Assembly: GCA_001179505.1 (NCBI GenBank)
Contig: CDMY01000657.1
Location: forward strand, 1 to 35,762
Direction: 5' to 3'
DNA length: 35,762 nt
Source of the DNA: Vitrella brassicaformis CCMP3155
Lineage: Eukaryota; Protista; Chromerida
This document shows, piece by piece, positions 1 to 10,612 of this stretch. The notes beneath the pieces are model-generated. The model saw only the letters and a program-made list of their open reading frames with translations. It had not been told where the DNA came from and searched no databases. Position 1 is the stretch's first letter, and every line of letters begins with the position of its first letter. The position numbers and the translations under genes are program-made.

Positions 1-213
1 TGTTCGAAGGTACCTACTGTACACACGCAGACCAGAGCAGAGCTGGGTGGACAGACAGACAGACAGACAGACAGTGCGGCCACAGCGAACATTCCTCTCT
101 GTCTGTCTCTGTGTGCGTGTCTGTGTCCAGGCGAAGACCCCGACAGTGGAATACATGTCCATTTGCCGAACGTCGAGAAGGCCAAAATCGCACACCAAGT
201 CACCTCCATGTGA
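1..213 (+). CDS. 3' end of an unidentified gene (truncated at window start); C-terminus ...FEGEDPDSGIHVHLPNVEKAKIAHQVTSM*
   Basis: GAAG|gtacct donor at 10 and tgtccag| acceptor at 130 are phase-consistent; exon 131-213 ends in TGA (211-213); the intron carries a GACA repeat. Family not recognised. Confidence 0.55.
   Translation, partial: CSKVPTVHTQTRAELGGQTDRQTDSAATANIPLCLSLCACLCPGEDPDSGIHVHLPNVEKAKIAHQVTSM
51..74 (+). repeat. (ACAG)n intronic microsatellite
   Basis: Six perfect ACAG units read directly; similar arrays recur, e.g. ~3383-3401, ~34371-34395, ~34561-34580. Confidence 0.9.
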
Positions 214-538
214 GTGAGTCAACACACAACCGACCGGTGCGTGAGTGAGGAAAGGACTGACTGACTGACAAACGATGGATGCATGGCTTACACAAACTAA
301 CGGGTGCGTGGATGGGTGCGTGCCAATGGAATGGGTAATGGCGGCCAACCTGCGGCCAACACATGCATTGCACAGAGGGGCACAAAATGAACCAACCAAT
401 GCATCGATAGATGTATACGGTGGACACGTGCATGCTGAGTGAAAAATTAGTCAGTCAAGTCAATCATCCGGCCACTTGACGAACACAGAGAAACACGCAG
501 AGCTTAAATTCATTGCCCGACTTCATCCATAACACGCA

Positions 539-2759
539 TCAAGCGAGAACGGTCCTCAAGGCTGCCTGTCGCTCTGCCTCCCTATCTATCGCCTCCCCTT
601 CCCTCTCCCCCGCAGCCGGCCCACTTGACCCACTACTACTCTCAATGAAAGCGATCATCTCGTCAGCGGTGGTTTGTCCATACTCAACACAGTCGCCGAT
701 GGCCACGCCACACTTGAAGTTGCCACCTGCGATAGGCAATCACACACACGGTGAGCGTGTGAGTGGGTTACTGGTGCTTCATCTCTCGTTTGTTCTTCAA
801 TCACTCACCGACGAAGAGCCCCGGCACTTGGGCGATCCCCTCTTCGGCCTCGGCGAGCAGCTCCAGGTGGCCCTTCTCGAATTGCGGGATGGCGCGGGGC
901 CACACCTTGACGCCCAGCACTCGCGGCGGAGGCGCGTCATCCTTCAACAGAATCCTCTTGATGTCTTGATGCACCTACAACCACACACACACAGATGTAT
1001 GGGGAGACAGGTGCAACGTGTCTGTCTGTTGCATCGTGACCTGTTCGGCGATTTGTTTGGGTGTGAGTTTGTTGATGTCTTCGTCTTGCCGCCCGCCGAT
1101 GTACGAGTTGGTGAGCTCCATGCCATCGGGGCTCCTGTAGGGGAAGAGGCTGCTCGTCCATATCGTGCCCAGCGTCCGGATCTTGTTCGCCCTCGGGATG
1201 AGGTGGCCGAACCCGTAGAACCGCCGCCGCATCGACGATGATGGGTACGCAAGAGCCACTGCAGCCACCGGCGGGTAGGCGATCTCCTCATACCGCTCCA
1301 CTTGTGGCACCATGTCCTTCAGCAGCCTGAGCATGAGATACATATCCAAAGGAGAGGGAATGTCTGTCTGCTCACGGACGGATGCTTTCGAGACTCTGTG
1401 ACTCGTCAGCTCACTTGGCTGTGGCTGCTGCAGGTGTGGTGACAGCGAGGGCCTTGGCGTTGACGATCCTTGTGCCGAAAGGGGTGTTGAAGATGGCCCG
1501 GAAGCCGCCGTCGGGCAGCCTCTCTATCTTGTCAACAGTCCAGCTGGTGCGGACCCTCTGAGGGCCCATCCTCTTCTCAACCGCCTCACAGAGCATCTTC
1601 AGTCCCTGATGTATGACGGAGAGGCGACACTTCGGGCTGTACACAAGTGCTGCTGCGCACATGATACGACTTACGTCTCGGAAAGAGCCCAGTTGTCCCG
1701 GTTTGACCTCCGGAAGATCTGCGTCGGGGGGATTCTCCTTTCTCTCCTGTGCCCGCTGCCTGAGCCGCAGGATGGCTCCATCAAGAAGACCCGGGCCACC
1801 CATCTCCTGCAGATTGTAGATCCTCTTCAGAGCAGCCCTGACACGTACCCGCACGAGCCACAAGGAGATGAGAGCCGACAGGCGTGCGAGTCCATGCACT
1901 TGTCACCTCATTGACAGGTTTGTGGGGTCGCCCGCGTACACTCCCGACACGAACGGGTCGATGAGCTTCATGAACGCCTCCTCACCCAAATGACGCGACA
2001 CAAACTCCCTTATGGACTCCTCCCTACACAGCGCACACCAGGTAAGTAATGTTTCGTTCTCTCTCATGTGCCCGTCCTCCCATGCGTGTTGACTCACTCT
2101 GTCGGTTTCGGAGGTACGAATCCCAGTGCACCGAGGCCAGCCCGGATCTTGCCGGGCCAAGAGAGAAGATTAAATGTGGGCAGGTCACCCAGACCGCCGG
2201 GGAGCTTGTACAGCTCCTCCTCCCAAAACACCCACCGTGGCTGCGAGCCATCTGCACACACGCACAGGACAGGCAGGACCCATTCAAAGTGCATTCAGTC
2301 GTGAGCACCCGTCTGGCTGCTTGCAGTGGTTGGCTGACCGGCGAGTACGAGTTGGTCTTTCAAGCCGACATCGGTAGCGAGTCGGAGGATGGCATCGTTG
2401 GGCTGGAAGGTGTTGGGTCCCTCCTCCCATATGAACTTGCCATCCGTCCTCGAGATGATGTTGCCGCCCACCTTGTCACGCGCCTCAGTCACCAGCACAT
2501 CTGCTCCCTTCTTGAACAGACTCCACCCCAGGCTGCACCCAGTCAGCCCGCCTCCAACCACCAACACGTCGGTTTGCTCCTCGCCGTTACCGCCGATGCT
2601 GCTGATCAGTGACTTGAATCTGTCCACTCCGTCCCATGCTGCTCTCACAGATGTCCGAGGCGGCCTCTGTGGCCGGCTATGCGTTGGCAAGATGAATGCT
2701 GCCTTGCCAGCGGCAGCGGCGATCTCCAGTACTGCAACCAGCAACACAGAGATCCGCAT
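539..2759 (-). CDS. PPOX: Protoporphyrinogen oxidase (HemY/PPOX type) with bipartite plastid-targeting leader
   Basis: Eight phase-consistent GT-AG exons: 2759-2339, 2251-2098, 2023-1907, 1837-1675, 1605-1415, 1326-1041, 974-809, 726-539. Motifs: [10 protein letters not shown] (FAD), [74 protein letters not shown]-terminus [22 protein letters not shown] followed by an R/P/S-rich stretch. Confidence 0.95.
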
Positions 2760-3268
2760 CTTCTGGCGAGAGAGCGGTTTCACGGAATGTCCTAAGCGGC
2801 CTGACGGCCAAGTCCCATGTCTTTCACGCACAATCAAACGACGACACGCAACAGGAATCACCCACGCACGCTCCACATGCACAGAGGAACCCAAGGAACA
2901 CACTCACGAGGCCTCCAGACCGACACCCACGGCCGGCCGCTGAATACGAGTCGTTTGCTGGACTAAGTCGTAGATCTGGCCGAGTCGCTCCTGAGATGCG
3001 CCACCCCGGGCCTCCCCCACGCCGCAGAGCCGTCCCCCCTCGGCGCCGGAAGCTCCATCCGCTAGATACGGGTCAGTTGCAGGATGGGAACCCCTCGACT
3101 CCGCTCGAAAGACGACTCCGTTCGGGTGCGCGTCGTCGGCGGATCCCTGCCGCGCCTCGACTCGAGGACGGGCAGGAAGAAGTGACATCGTCACTTCATC
3201 GCCAAGTAGCGTGGATCGGGTTGAATCTTCTGGCGATGAGTGCGAGCTTCAGTTCCGTGCGGTGAGGA
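2760..3268. promoter_or_regulatory. Putative bidirectional promoter between PPOX (-) and the methyltransferase (+)
   Basis: 509 bp between divergent ATGs; CpG-rich; contains palindromes CCTCGA-C-TCGAGG (3155-3167) and GAAGTGAC-ATC-GTCACTTC (3179-3197). Function is inferred from layout only. Confidence 0.5.
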
Positions 3269-5138
3269 ATGGCGGAGGAAGAACCTCATTTCGATGATGC
3301 AGGACCGGTGGGAAGCATCGGCTTCAAGGCAGACAATGGTAGATCTCGGAAGATCTCGACGCATCTGACTGTGTGTGGCGTGTCTGTCTGTCTGTCTGTC
3401 TGCAGTTTCTCCGTATGTGTTGACGAAAGCATCTCAGAGAGAAGCCCAGAGCATCCTCGATGGGGACAACAAGCCAGTGTCCGAGCTCCACAAAGGTTTT
3501 TTGCCTGCTGTTTCAGCAGCGACTTGTACGCCACGGAATGCTTTGCAATTTCCTTCAGACAAGTACGAGCGTGAAGCGGGGCGGAACTGGGACATCTTCT
3601 ACAAGAGAAACACCACCAACGCATTCAAAGACAGGTGGGCTAGCGAAGTGCTACACACGATGTAACTGTGTGCCATTGTGTTTGCCGCCCTGTATCGGTC
3701 TGGCAGGCACTATTTGTCCAAGGAGTTCACCGAGCTCAGCGCCCACAGCTGCCGGGCGGGGAGGGAGGCCAGGACACTCGCACAGCGGGAAGCTGATGAT
3801 GGCGACACAACCAGCTCGGATGCCCAGAGCGACTGCCGGCCTGTACTGGTTGATTTCGGCTGTGGAGTGGGCAACGCCGTAGTGCCGCTGCTGATCAGTA
3901 GATTGACAAGCTGATCAGACCGCCTGTGATGCATGTGGCTGCGCCTCCTGTTCGTATGGTGTCTTTGTCCAGAGAATCCCCACTTGCGGGCCATCGGGTT
4001 CGACATCTCCAAACGAGCTATTGATTTCCTCAATGTGAGCGAAAGGTTTCAACGACGTGGCTGTGCACGAGTCATCATCAGCCAGCCATTCTCTCCTTCA
4101 TCAGAACAAGTGGCGGAGAGTGCTGGCCAACAGGGGGAGGACGGTCAACCTGAAGGACCTGAATGCAGACAGTGAAGAAACAACCGGTCCGCCCGGTGAG
4201 CAGTCTGCCGCGGCCCCCGAGCCGCCCTCTCCTCTCCAGCCGTCCCAGCCCACCTCCTCAGACGATGAGGAAATGGCAGCGGCACAAGGACAGCAGGATA
4301 GGAACATTGAGTCCATCCCGATGGAGGTTGGCGAGCTGGTGCATGGGTTTGTGCATGACATCACCAAGGCAAGCGAGACGAGGCAGCCAGGATGCATGCA
4401 TATGTGATGGATGCTGGCTGAAGCGGGGTGTGTCGTGTCCTTGGTTCTATTTGCTGTCCGTCAGGGTGATCCTCCCGAGGATGTGTGCCCCAGCGGCTCA
4501 GCCGACTTTGCCCTCCTGCTGTTTGTCCTCTCGGCTTTGGCCCCTGCGCACTTCAGAGATGTGGCGCAAAGAATCAGCAGAGTACGTCAGCCACGAAGAT
4601 GGTCTCTGTGTTCCTGTCTGTCTGATTGCCCTTTCTGTCGGCTCATTTGTGTATGTGTGCAGGTGTTGCGTCCCGGCGGCGTGTTGATGCTGCGCGACTA
4701 CGGTCGTTACGATATGGCTCAGCTGCGGTTTGCGGCGCAGAGGAAGTGCAAGATCGAAGAGAACTTCTATGTCAGATGGGACGGCACACGCACCTACTAT
4801 TTCACTGTCGGTGAGTGAGACTTCGACAGGCACAGGACTTAGTCATGGGTCTGGTTTATCTGTCTTGTCTGCCTGTCTGGTGCAGAGGAGCTGCGTGAGA
4901 TCTTCTGTGGCTGCGGCCTCGTCGAGCTTGAAAACCGGTGGGAGCAAAAGCGACACCCCACAGCAAACTGGCTATCGGTCCATGCGTTGTCGTGGGGCTT
5001 ATGTATGTGTGGTGATGCGATCAGGTATCACATGCGTGAGATCGTCAACCGCAAGACGGAGCAGCGGATGCGGCGCATATGGATACAGGCCAAGTTTGAG
5101 AAGCCCTCACACGCACCAGCAGCAGCGGAGGAGACATA
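3269..5138 (+). CDS. tRNA N3-methylcytidine methyltransferase, METTL2/METTL6/Trm140 family
   Basis: Exons 3269-3338, 3406-3495, 3559-3634, 3707-3897, 3973-4034, 4105-4368, 4465-4581, 4663-4810, 4886-4937, 5025-5138. Motifs: KYEREAGRNWDIFYKRN..FKDRHYLSKEF, VDFGCGVGNAV (SAM motif I), FDISKRAI, FVLSAL, LRPGG..LRDYGRYDMAQLRF, FYVRWDGTRTYYF, NRK..MRRIWIQAKF. Confidence 0.9.
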
Positions 5139-5461
5139 GACCAACCAGTGTGAGAGAGGGATGGCTGTGCGAGTACATCGATGTGGGTTGGATGTGTATA
5201 GGCGTTGCGTTGCCTACCTGGTGTGGGATGGTTGGTTGTAGGTAGAGACATACATGCATCATATGATGGGGGCGGTGCGGTGCGGTGCTTTCTTGGCTTG
5301 ATCGATTCAACAAGGCTAGATACATATACGCACTTACTTACAGGGGTCTCATCAATAAATAATGCATGGATGGATGGATGAAGACAACAACACAGAAACA
5401 TTCGCGCAAAGGCCATACATGAAACACACCAACGTGAGCGTCTGCTCGGTCCCTCACTCAC

Positions 5462-7468
5462 TCAGGCTTGTCCAATGAGGGTGATTACAATGGATCTGTT
5501 GTGTCCCCCGCCCCAGCCGCCAGTGTTCCTGTGTTCACACAGGTAAACCTGAACACACACACACCGACACAGCCCCACGTCACCTTTTTTTACATACACA
5601 CATCCGCCATCACACCTCGTTGCCACCGATGTTGATGTCGCCGTCCGCAACCGGCAGCATGCAGCCAGCAGTGAACAAAGTGCTCTTGACGTGACCTGCA
5701 GGCAGACAGGCAGCCACAAGCACATTAATGCAGACGCCGTCCTGGCTGGAGGAAAGGGCCGACTCACTGAATGTCTGTCTGACCTGTCATGTCATCGGGT
5801 CCCTCGAGCGTGTGTTGAAAGAACTCATGATGCCATTTCTCAGGCACGATGTGGTTGAGGGCCTTCTCGAGCAGTCGGCCCGTCTGCACCGCATCGATGC
5901 CGTCATTGAACGTCAAACTCGCAGACGTGTGCTGACCGATGCAACGAAATGACCGACAAACAGGCAGACAGGTAAGTAAGATGCGCGTGCTGCCCCCTTC
6001 CCCAGCCCCCTCTGGTAGGTCCCTTCTCTCTCACCTTGATAAACACATGGACGACGCCCACGGTACATTTCCTGAGTTGGTCATCGATCGCGGCCCGAAC
6101 CTTGTCGGTGATGGCGTGGCAGCCCCTTGACGGTGCAGTCACTCTGATGGTCTTCTGGACAGCGACGGCCGACGAGGGCAGCCGCGTCACGGTGATACTG
6201 CGGGAGCGGTCGTCGTGGTCGTGTGGGCTGGCATGTTCATTCAGGTAGACGCCCTGCCAGGTGCCGAGCTGTGGGCTGCCTCGGCTGTCGTAGGGCACCG
6301 TGATGCTTGGACCAACTGGATGGATGGATGGATGGATGGAACACACAACACACGCAGAGAGGATGGCCGCGTGTGCGTGCTGATGCCCTCGCTCCCCTCC
6401 CCTCACCCAGTGTGGACTTGATGTTTGCGTGTCGGGTGCTGTCGCCCTTCTTCTCAGGCACGAGTCGATTGAAGGCCGCCTCCAAGTCAGTCCTGAACAA
6501 ACAGACAGACAACAGGCAACAACAGATCAAATCACATGCACACCCATACATACATTCCATGACTGACTGCATACCTTACCTGACGTCGGCATCGGCGTTC
6601 TCGTTGATGGTGAGAGAGCACCCGCTGTGCTTGGCGCACACGTTCATCAGACCAAAATCCCCGCCACTCGAGTCACTCAAATGCGTCACCTGCACCCCAA
6701 CACATCACATGCATGACACACATACAGCCAATTAGTCGGCCTCCACCTCCTACTGCACTTAACTAACTTACTGACCTTGCGAGTGATGATGTGGCATCCG
6801 CGAGATGGTGCAGGCAGTGACGTGGCTTTCGAGTCAACCCCAGGCACAAGCGTCGCGACGATGGTCCGCTGTCCCGACACCTTGCTGTTGTTGTCCACCA
6901 AATAAACCTCCTGTGACGCCGCCAGATCTATCGCACCGTCCCGCACTGGGACGGCAAGAGACTTCCCAAGGACGCTCGCCCTGACGATGGCCTCCTCCCT
7001 GTTGTTGCCCAGGCCTTGTGTCAGCCGGCTGAGGGCCGTTTCAACTGCTGAGGGCCCGCCATCCATACCACCAATGACCCCGAGGGAGAGGCCAGGCTCA
7101 ATCGCGCAGAGCGAGAGTAGGCCAGCTGGCACCTTGTGCAGCGGCACCTCCTTCTGCAGGATGTCAGACAGCGCCACAGCGTTGCCCTGCGCCGAGTCGA
7201 TGGTCAGCGGCTTCTGCACAAGCTGTCCTGGCTTCATCTTGATCTGTGGCAGCTCGATCTCGGATGCGAATGCTTGTGGTGCAGCGGCGCAGAAGAGGGG
7301 TCGGCGGCAGTGTGCGGGGGTCTTGTCAACGAGACGACTAAAAGGGACGGACCGCCTGTTGTTGTTGAATGTCGTCGTCTTGTCGAGGAAGTTTGGGAAA
7401 GCAGATGCACTCAACGAGGCCACGGAAACAGAGATTCCAATACCAAAAACAGCAGATCCGACCCGCAT
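5462..7468 (-). CDS. yjbQ: Plastid-targeted protein with three tandem YjbQ/UPF0047 domains (first degenerate)
   Basis: Exons 7468-6776, 6689-6580, 6492-6407, 6315-6035, 5931-5784, 5695-5616, 5548-5462. Motifs: HSGCSLTINENAD, LGTWQGVYLNEH, HTSASLT, HTLEGPDDMTGHVKS, VYLCEHR. Leader MRVGSAVFGIGISVSVASLSASAF resembles an ASAFAP-type bipartite signal. Confidence 0.85.
6318..6339 (+). repeat. (TGGA)n intronic microsatellite
   Basis: Perfect TGGA run; the same motif recurs at ~16037-16050, ~24540-24556 and ~32836-32843. Confidence 0.85.
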
Positions 7469-7549
7469 TGCATCCCGCGATCCTTTGTCGTTCGTTACAC
7501 GGCACCGAAGCCACCGGCCTGTTTGTTGTTTCTCAGATGCAAGTGCAGG

Positions 7550-10489
7550 TGATGGCGGATTTGTGGTCAGCGTGGCGCACGAGCCACGAGCCCCAAAAGA
7601 GGCGCCATGAAGAGGACGTCAAGAGCCGTGCTCGCGGCCGCCAACACCCGTCTGCGGTGGAGGCGCACGAGGACAAGATGCGAAGACACAGCTCACATCC
7701 GCTGCTGCAGCCAAGACCGGCCACGGCCCAGCCAAGAAGACAGCAGTTCCACGAGGCCTTCCTATCACGGGCAACAGAGGGGCTTGCCGACGAGAATGGG
7801 GGCGGAGTCATGCTGCTGCACCAGCTTGGAGACAGTCGCCGCGCCGTCCACTCAGACGACCCAGGCGGGAAGACAACAGAAGATGCTGAGACGGCCAAGT
7901 GGCGGCAGCGGGATCTCAAGAACCTCGGGGCGGATAAGAGGCCGTGGACATCTCTGGGCAAGGGAGCGGCCCATCGGATTGGGATGGACCGTGCCATCAC
8001 GTCTCGAGCCACCTACAGACAGACGTGCATGGCCAATCTGACGGAAGAAGGAATGCGCGAGGAGCTGCAGAGGTGGGAGGCCGAGAAGACGAGGCTTCTG
8101 CAGGACCTCGATGCCGCCCGGGTGCTGGCCAAGCAGTGGGAGCGGCAGGCAGACGACCTCAAGCGAACCCTGACTGAGAAAGACGAGGAGATCTCGCAGT
8201 GGCGAGCCCATGTAACGGTGCTGAAGCGGCGTGTGCAGGGCCTATCTGACCGGCGGCTCGAGACAGAGAAATCGCTGCATGAGGTGGCGGTCCTCAAGCC
8301 TCTATTCAATGAGGTATCGAAGAAGGAAGAGACATATGAGCTAGCTGAGCGCTGGTGCATGTCTCTCTGTCTGTCTGTGTGTGGGCTCGGCTCTTGTATG
8401 TAAGCTGGCAACGGAGCTGAAGCTGCAAACACCTCAAGAAGTCATGAGTCGCATCGACGAATTGGAACGAAACCAATTCAACATGCTCCAGCAAATACAC
8501 AGGTTGGTCCGTTACAGACCGGGATGTAAGTTGCTTATTGTCTGGTTATGTTGCACCCTTTCGTTCCCCTCTCACCTTACCCCTTCAGCATGGATGAGGA
8601 GAAGGAGCAGGTAGAGGCGGCGCGTCAGGCCCTGCAGAAGCAGCACCGCAAGGCCACCGGCTACATGCAAGACAGACTCGTGGCGTCATACGAGGTCATT
8701 GAGAAGCAGCGGCAAGAGCTCGAGAGTGCCGAGGAGCGCGAGAGCGCCAAGTCTCTAAGGCATAAGGATCTACTGGAGCAGTATCTGAAGCTGAGTGACT
8801 ATTGCTGGTGGATGCTCTCTTTCTGGGCCAAGAAGGCGCAGTGGGGGCGAATCAAGAAGGAACCCTCCATCATACTGCAGGACCTCAAGTCGAATCTCAT
8901 CTACAAGTAATTAATGAGACATAGAGAAATCTGTGTATTCTGGCAGCCGCATGGATGCACGAATCCATGGGTGTTTGCGGATTGTGTCCCTTCTCGATAG
9001 GCACGGCTCCATTGCGGCGGCCTTCACAGCTTACAACATCCCCGTGATCGAATCGCTTCACAAGGATGACTTCGCGACGCAGCTGCAGAAGTTCAAAATC
9101 GGTGCCGCGGACGCCGGCAAGATTTTTGATTACTTGCCGGACAAACGGAAGGTGGACGAGACCTACTTCGCGCCCGTGGGTCCGATGACTGCCAGGCCAA
9201 TATTCACACGCACAGCAGCACCCGCGCCTGTAGAGGCAGCCCAGGCCACAGAAGGGCCAGGAGGAAAGGCCTCTCCCCCCAGCCCCCTCTCTTCGGCACG
9301 CCCCTCGTCTCAGAACAGTGCCAGGCCCATCTCGCCCTCCCAGCCGCATGCTCATGCCGGCAGCAAGCCTGCCTTGCCCCACTACCACCCGAGAGAGAAG
9401 ATCTTGGTGATAGCGATGAAGGACTTCCAGCGGCACTTGGAGGAGCTGTCTTTGCCTCGACCGCTGGAGGGCATCACAGCTGATGTGCTGCTGGAGAAGC
9501 CCCTGGACATTGCTGTGAGGGACTTCAGGCCCAACGCTTACGATCCCCTGGCAGCACTGCAGGCAGTCCATCAGCTGCTGACGGTGTCGGAGAGGTCACA
9601 GAACACACAGCAGCTGCAGGGTCGGTCAGGAAGGCAGACAGAGACAGACGCCAAATGGCCGGCCACTTTGCACGTGTCTGTCTGTCTGTTATATTTATGG
9701 GCATGTATGTATTCAGAGGTGATAGTGTACGCCAATTCTTTGTATCGCCACTTCTTCCCCAATGCCGACCTAGACAAACGCTTCAAGCCCACTGAGATCC
9801 TCAAGACGGTGGGAGAAGTGCTGAAGCGCAAGGAAATGCAGATCACTGCGGACCACAACAAGACCAGGGATGCCCAAGTCAAGACACACGAAGCCAACAA
9901 GGAGCTTGACAAGCTGCGGGGGGAGAACAGACAGCTCAAACAACAGGTGAAAATCTCGTGTCGTGTCTCTCCAGGAGTCGATCGATCGATCGCATACATG
10001 TCTCTCTGTCTGTGCGTCGTGCGTCTCTCTCTCTCTTCTGTGTGTGTGTGTGTGTGTGTGTGGTGTCTCTGTGTGTGTGTGTGCAGATTGACAAGTTGCA
10101 GCGTCAGCTGACGTCGCTGTTGGGCAAACAGCTGAGGGTGCAAAGGCAGATGGCAGAGTCACACTGACTGGTGTGCGTGAGACCTGGTTACCCATCGATG
10201 AGTGCTGTTCGTCTGTCCCTCTGCCGTACGTGTCTGTTGCCTTTCCTTTGGCTTGACTGACTGGGCAGCTTGCTTGACTCACCTAGGTGCATTCATTCAT
10301 TGCTGCCTGGGCTCCGATCGCAGCAAGGCAGGGAGGGAGGCCGATACATGTTGGGTTGCGAAACGTAGTCCAATCCATGTATGTATGTATGTATGTTGTG
10401 TGTATTTGTCGCTCGTTGAAGATACGTACATGCAGACCCTTCACACGCACAAGTCCGTCATCGTAGTGGACAATGCGGTCCGGCAATGA
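7550..10489 (+). CDS. Large coiled-coil protein with a probable degenerate EF-hand pair; function unknown
   Basis: Exons about 7550-8313, 8405-8502, 8590-8906, 9001-9620, 9717-9947, then 10087-10167 (stop) or 10087-10137 plus 10436-10489. Long E/K/R/Q heptad stretches. LKSNLIYKHGSIAAAF...LHKDDFATQL...AGKIFDYL resembles EF-hand-like helices. Start codon uncertain (7538 or 7550). Confidence 0.7.
10039..10062 (+). repeat. (TG)n intronic microsatellite
   Basis: Perfect TG run just upstream of the 3' splice site at 10086. Confidence 0.9.
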
Positions 10490-10612
10490 ATGCAATGCAC
10501 CACACAAAGCGACAGAGAGGGCCAGCAACGAATGCGACAGCAGCCCAGTCCAGCATGCACAGCTTTTGAGATCTGACACGTGCATTGTCCGTGTGGAGAC
10601 ATGAACGAATCC

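Noticed and set aside
1041-2023. Possible herbicide-resistance substitutions in PPOX
   Set aside because: The motifs [12 protein letters not shown] and the PRW arginine look conserved, and no confident resistance-type change can be called by eye.
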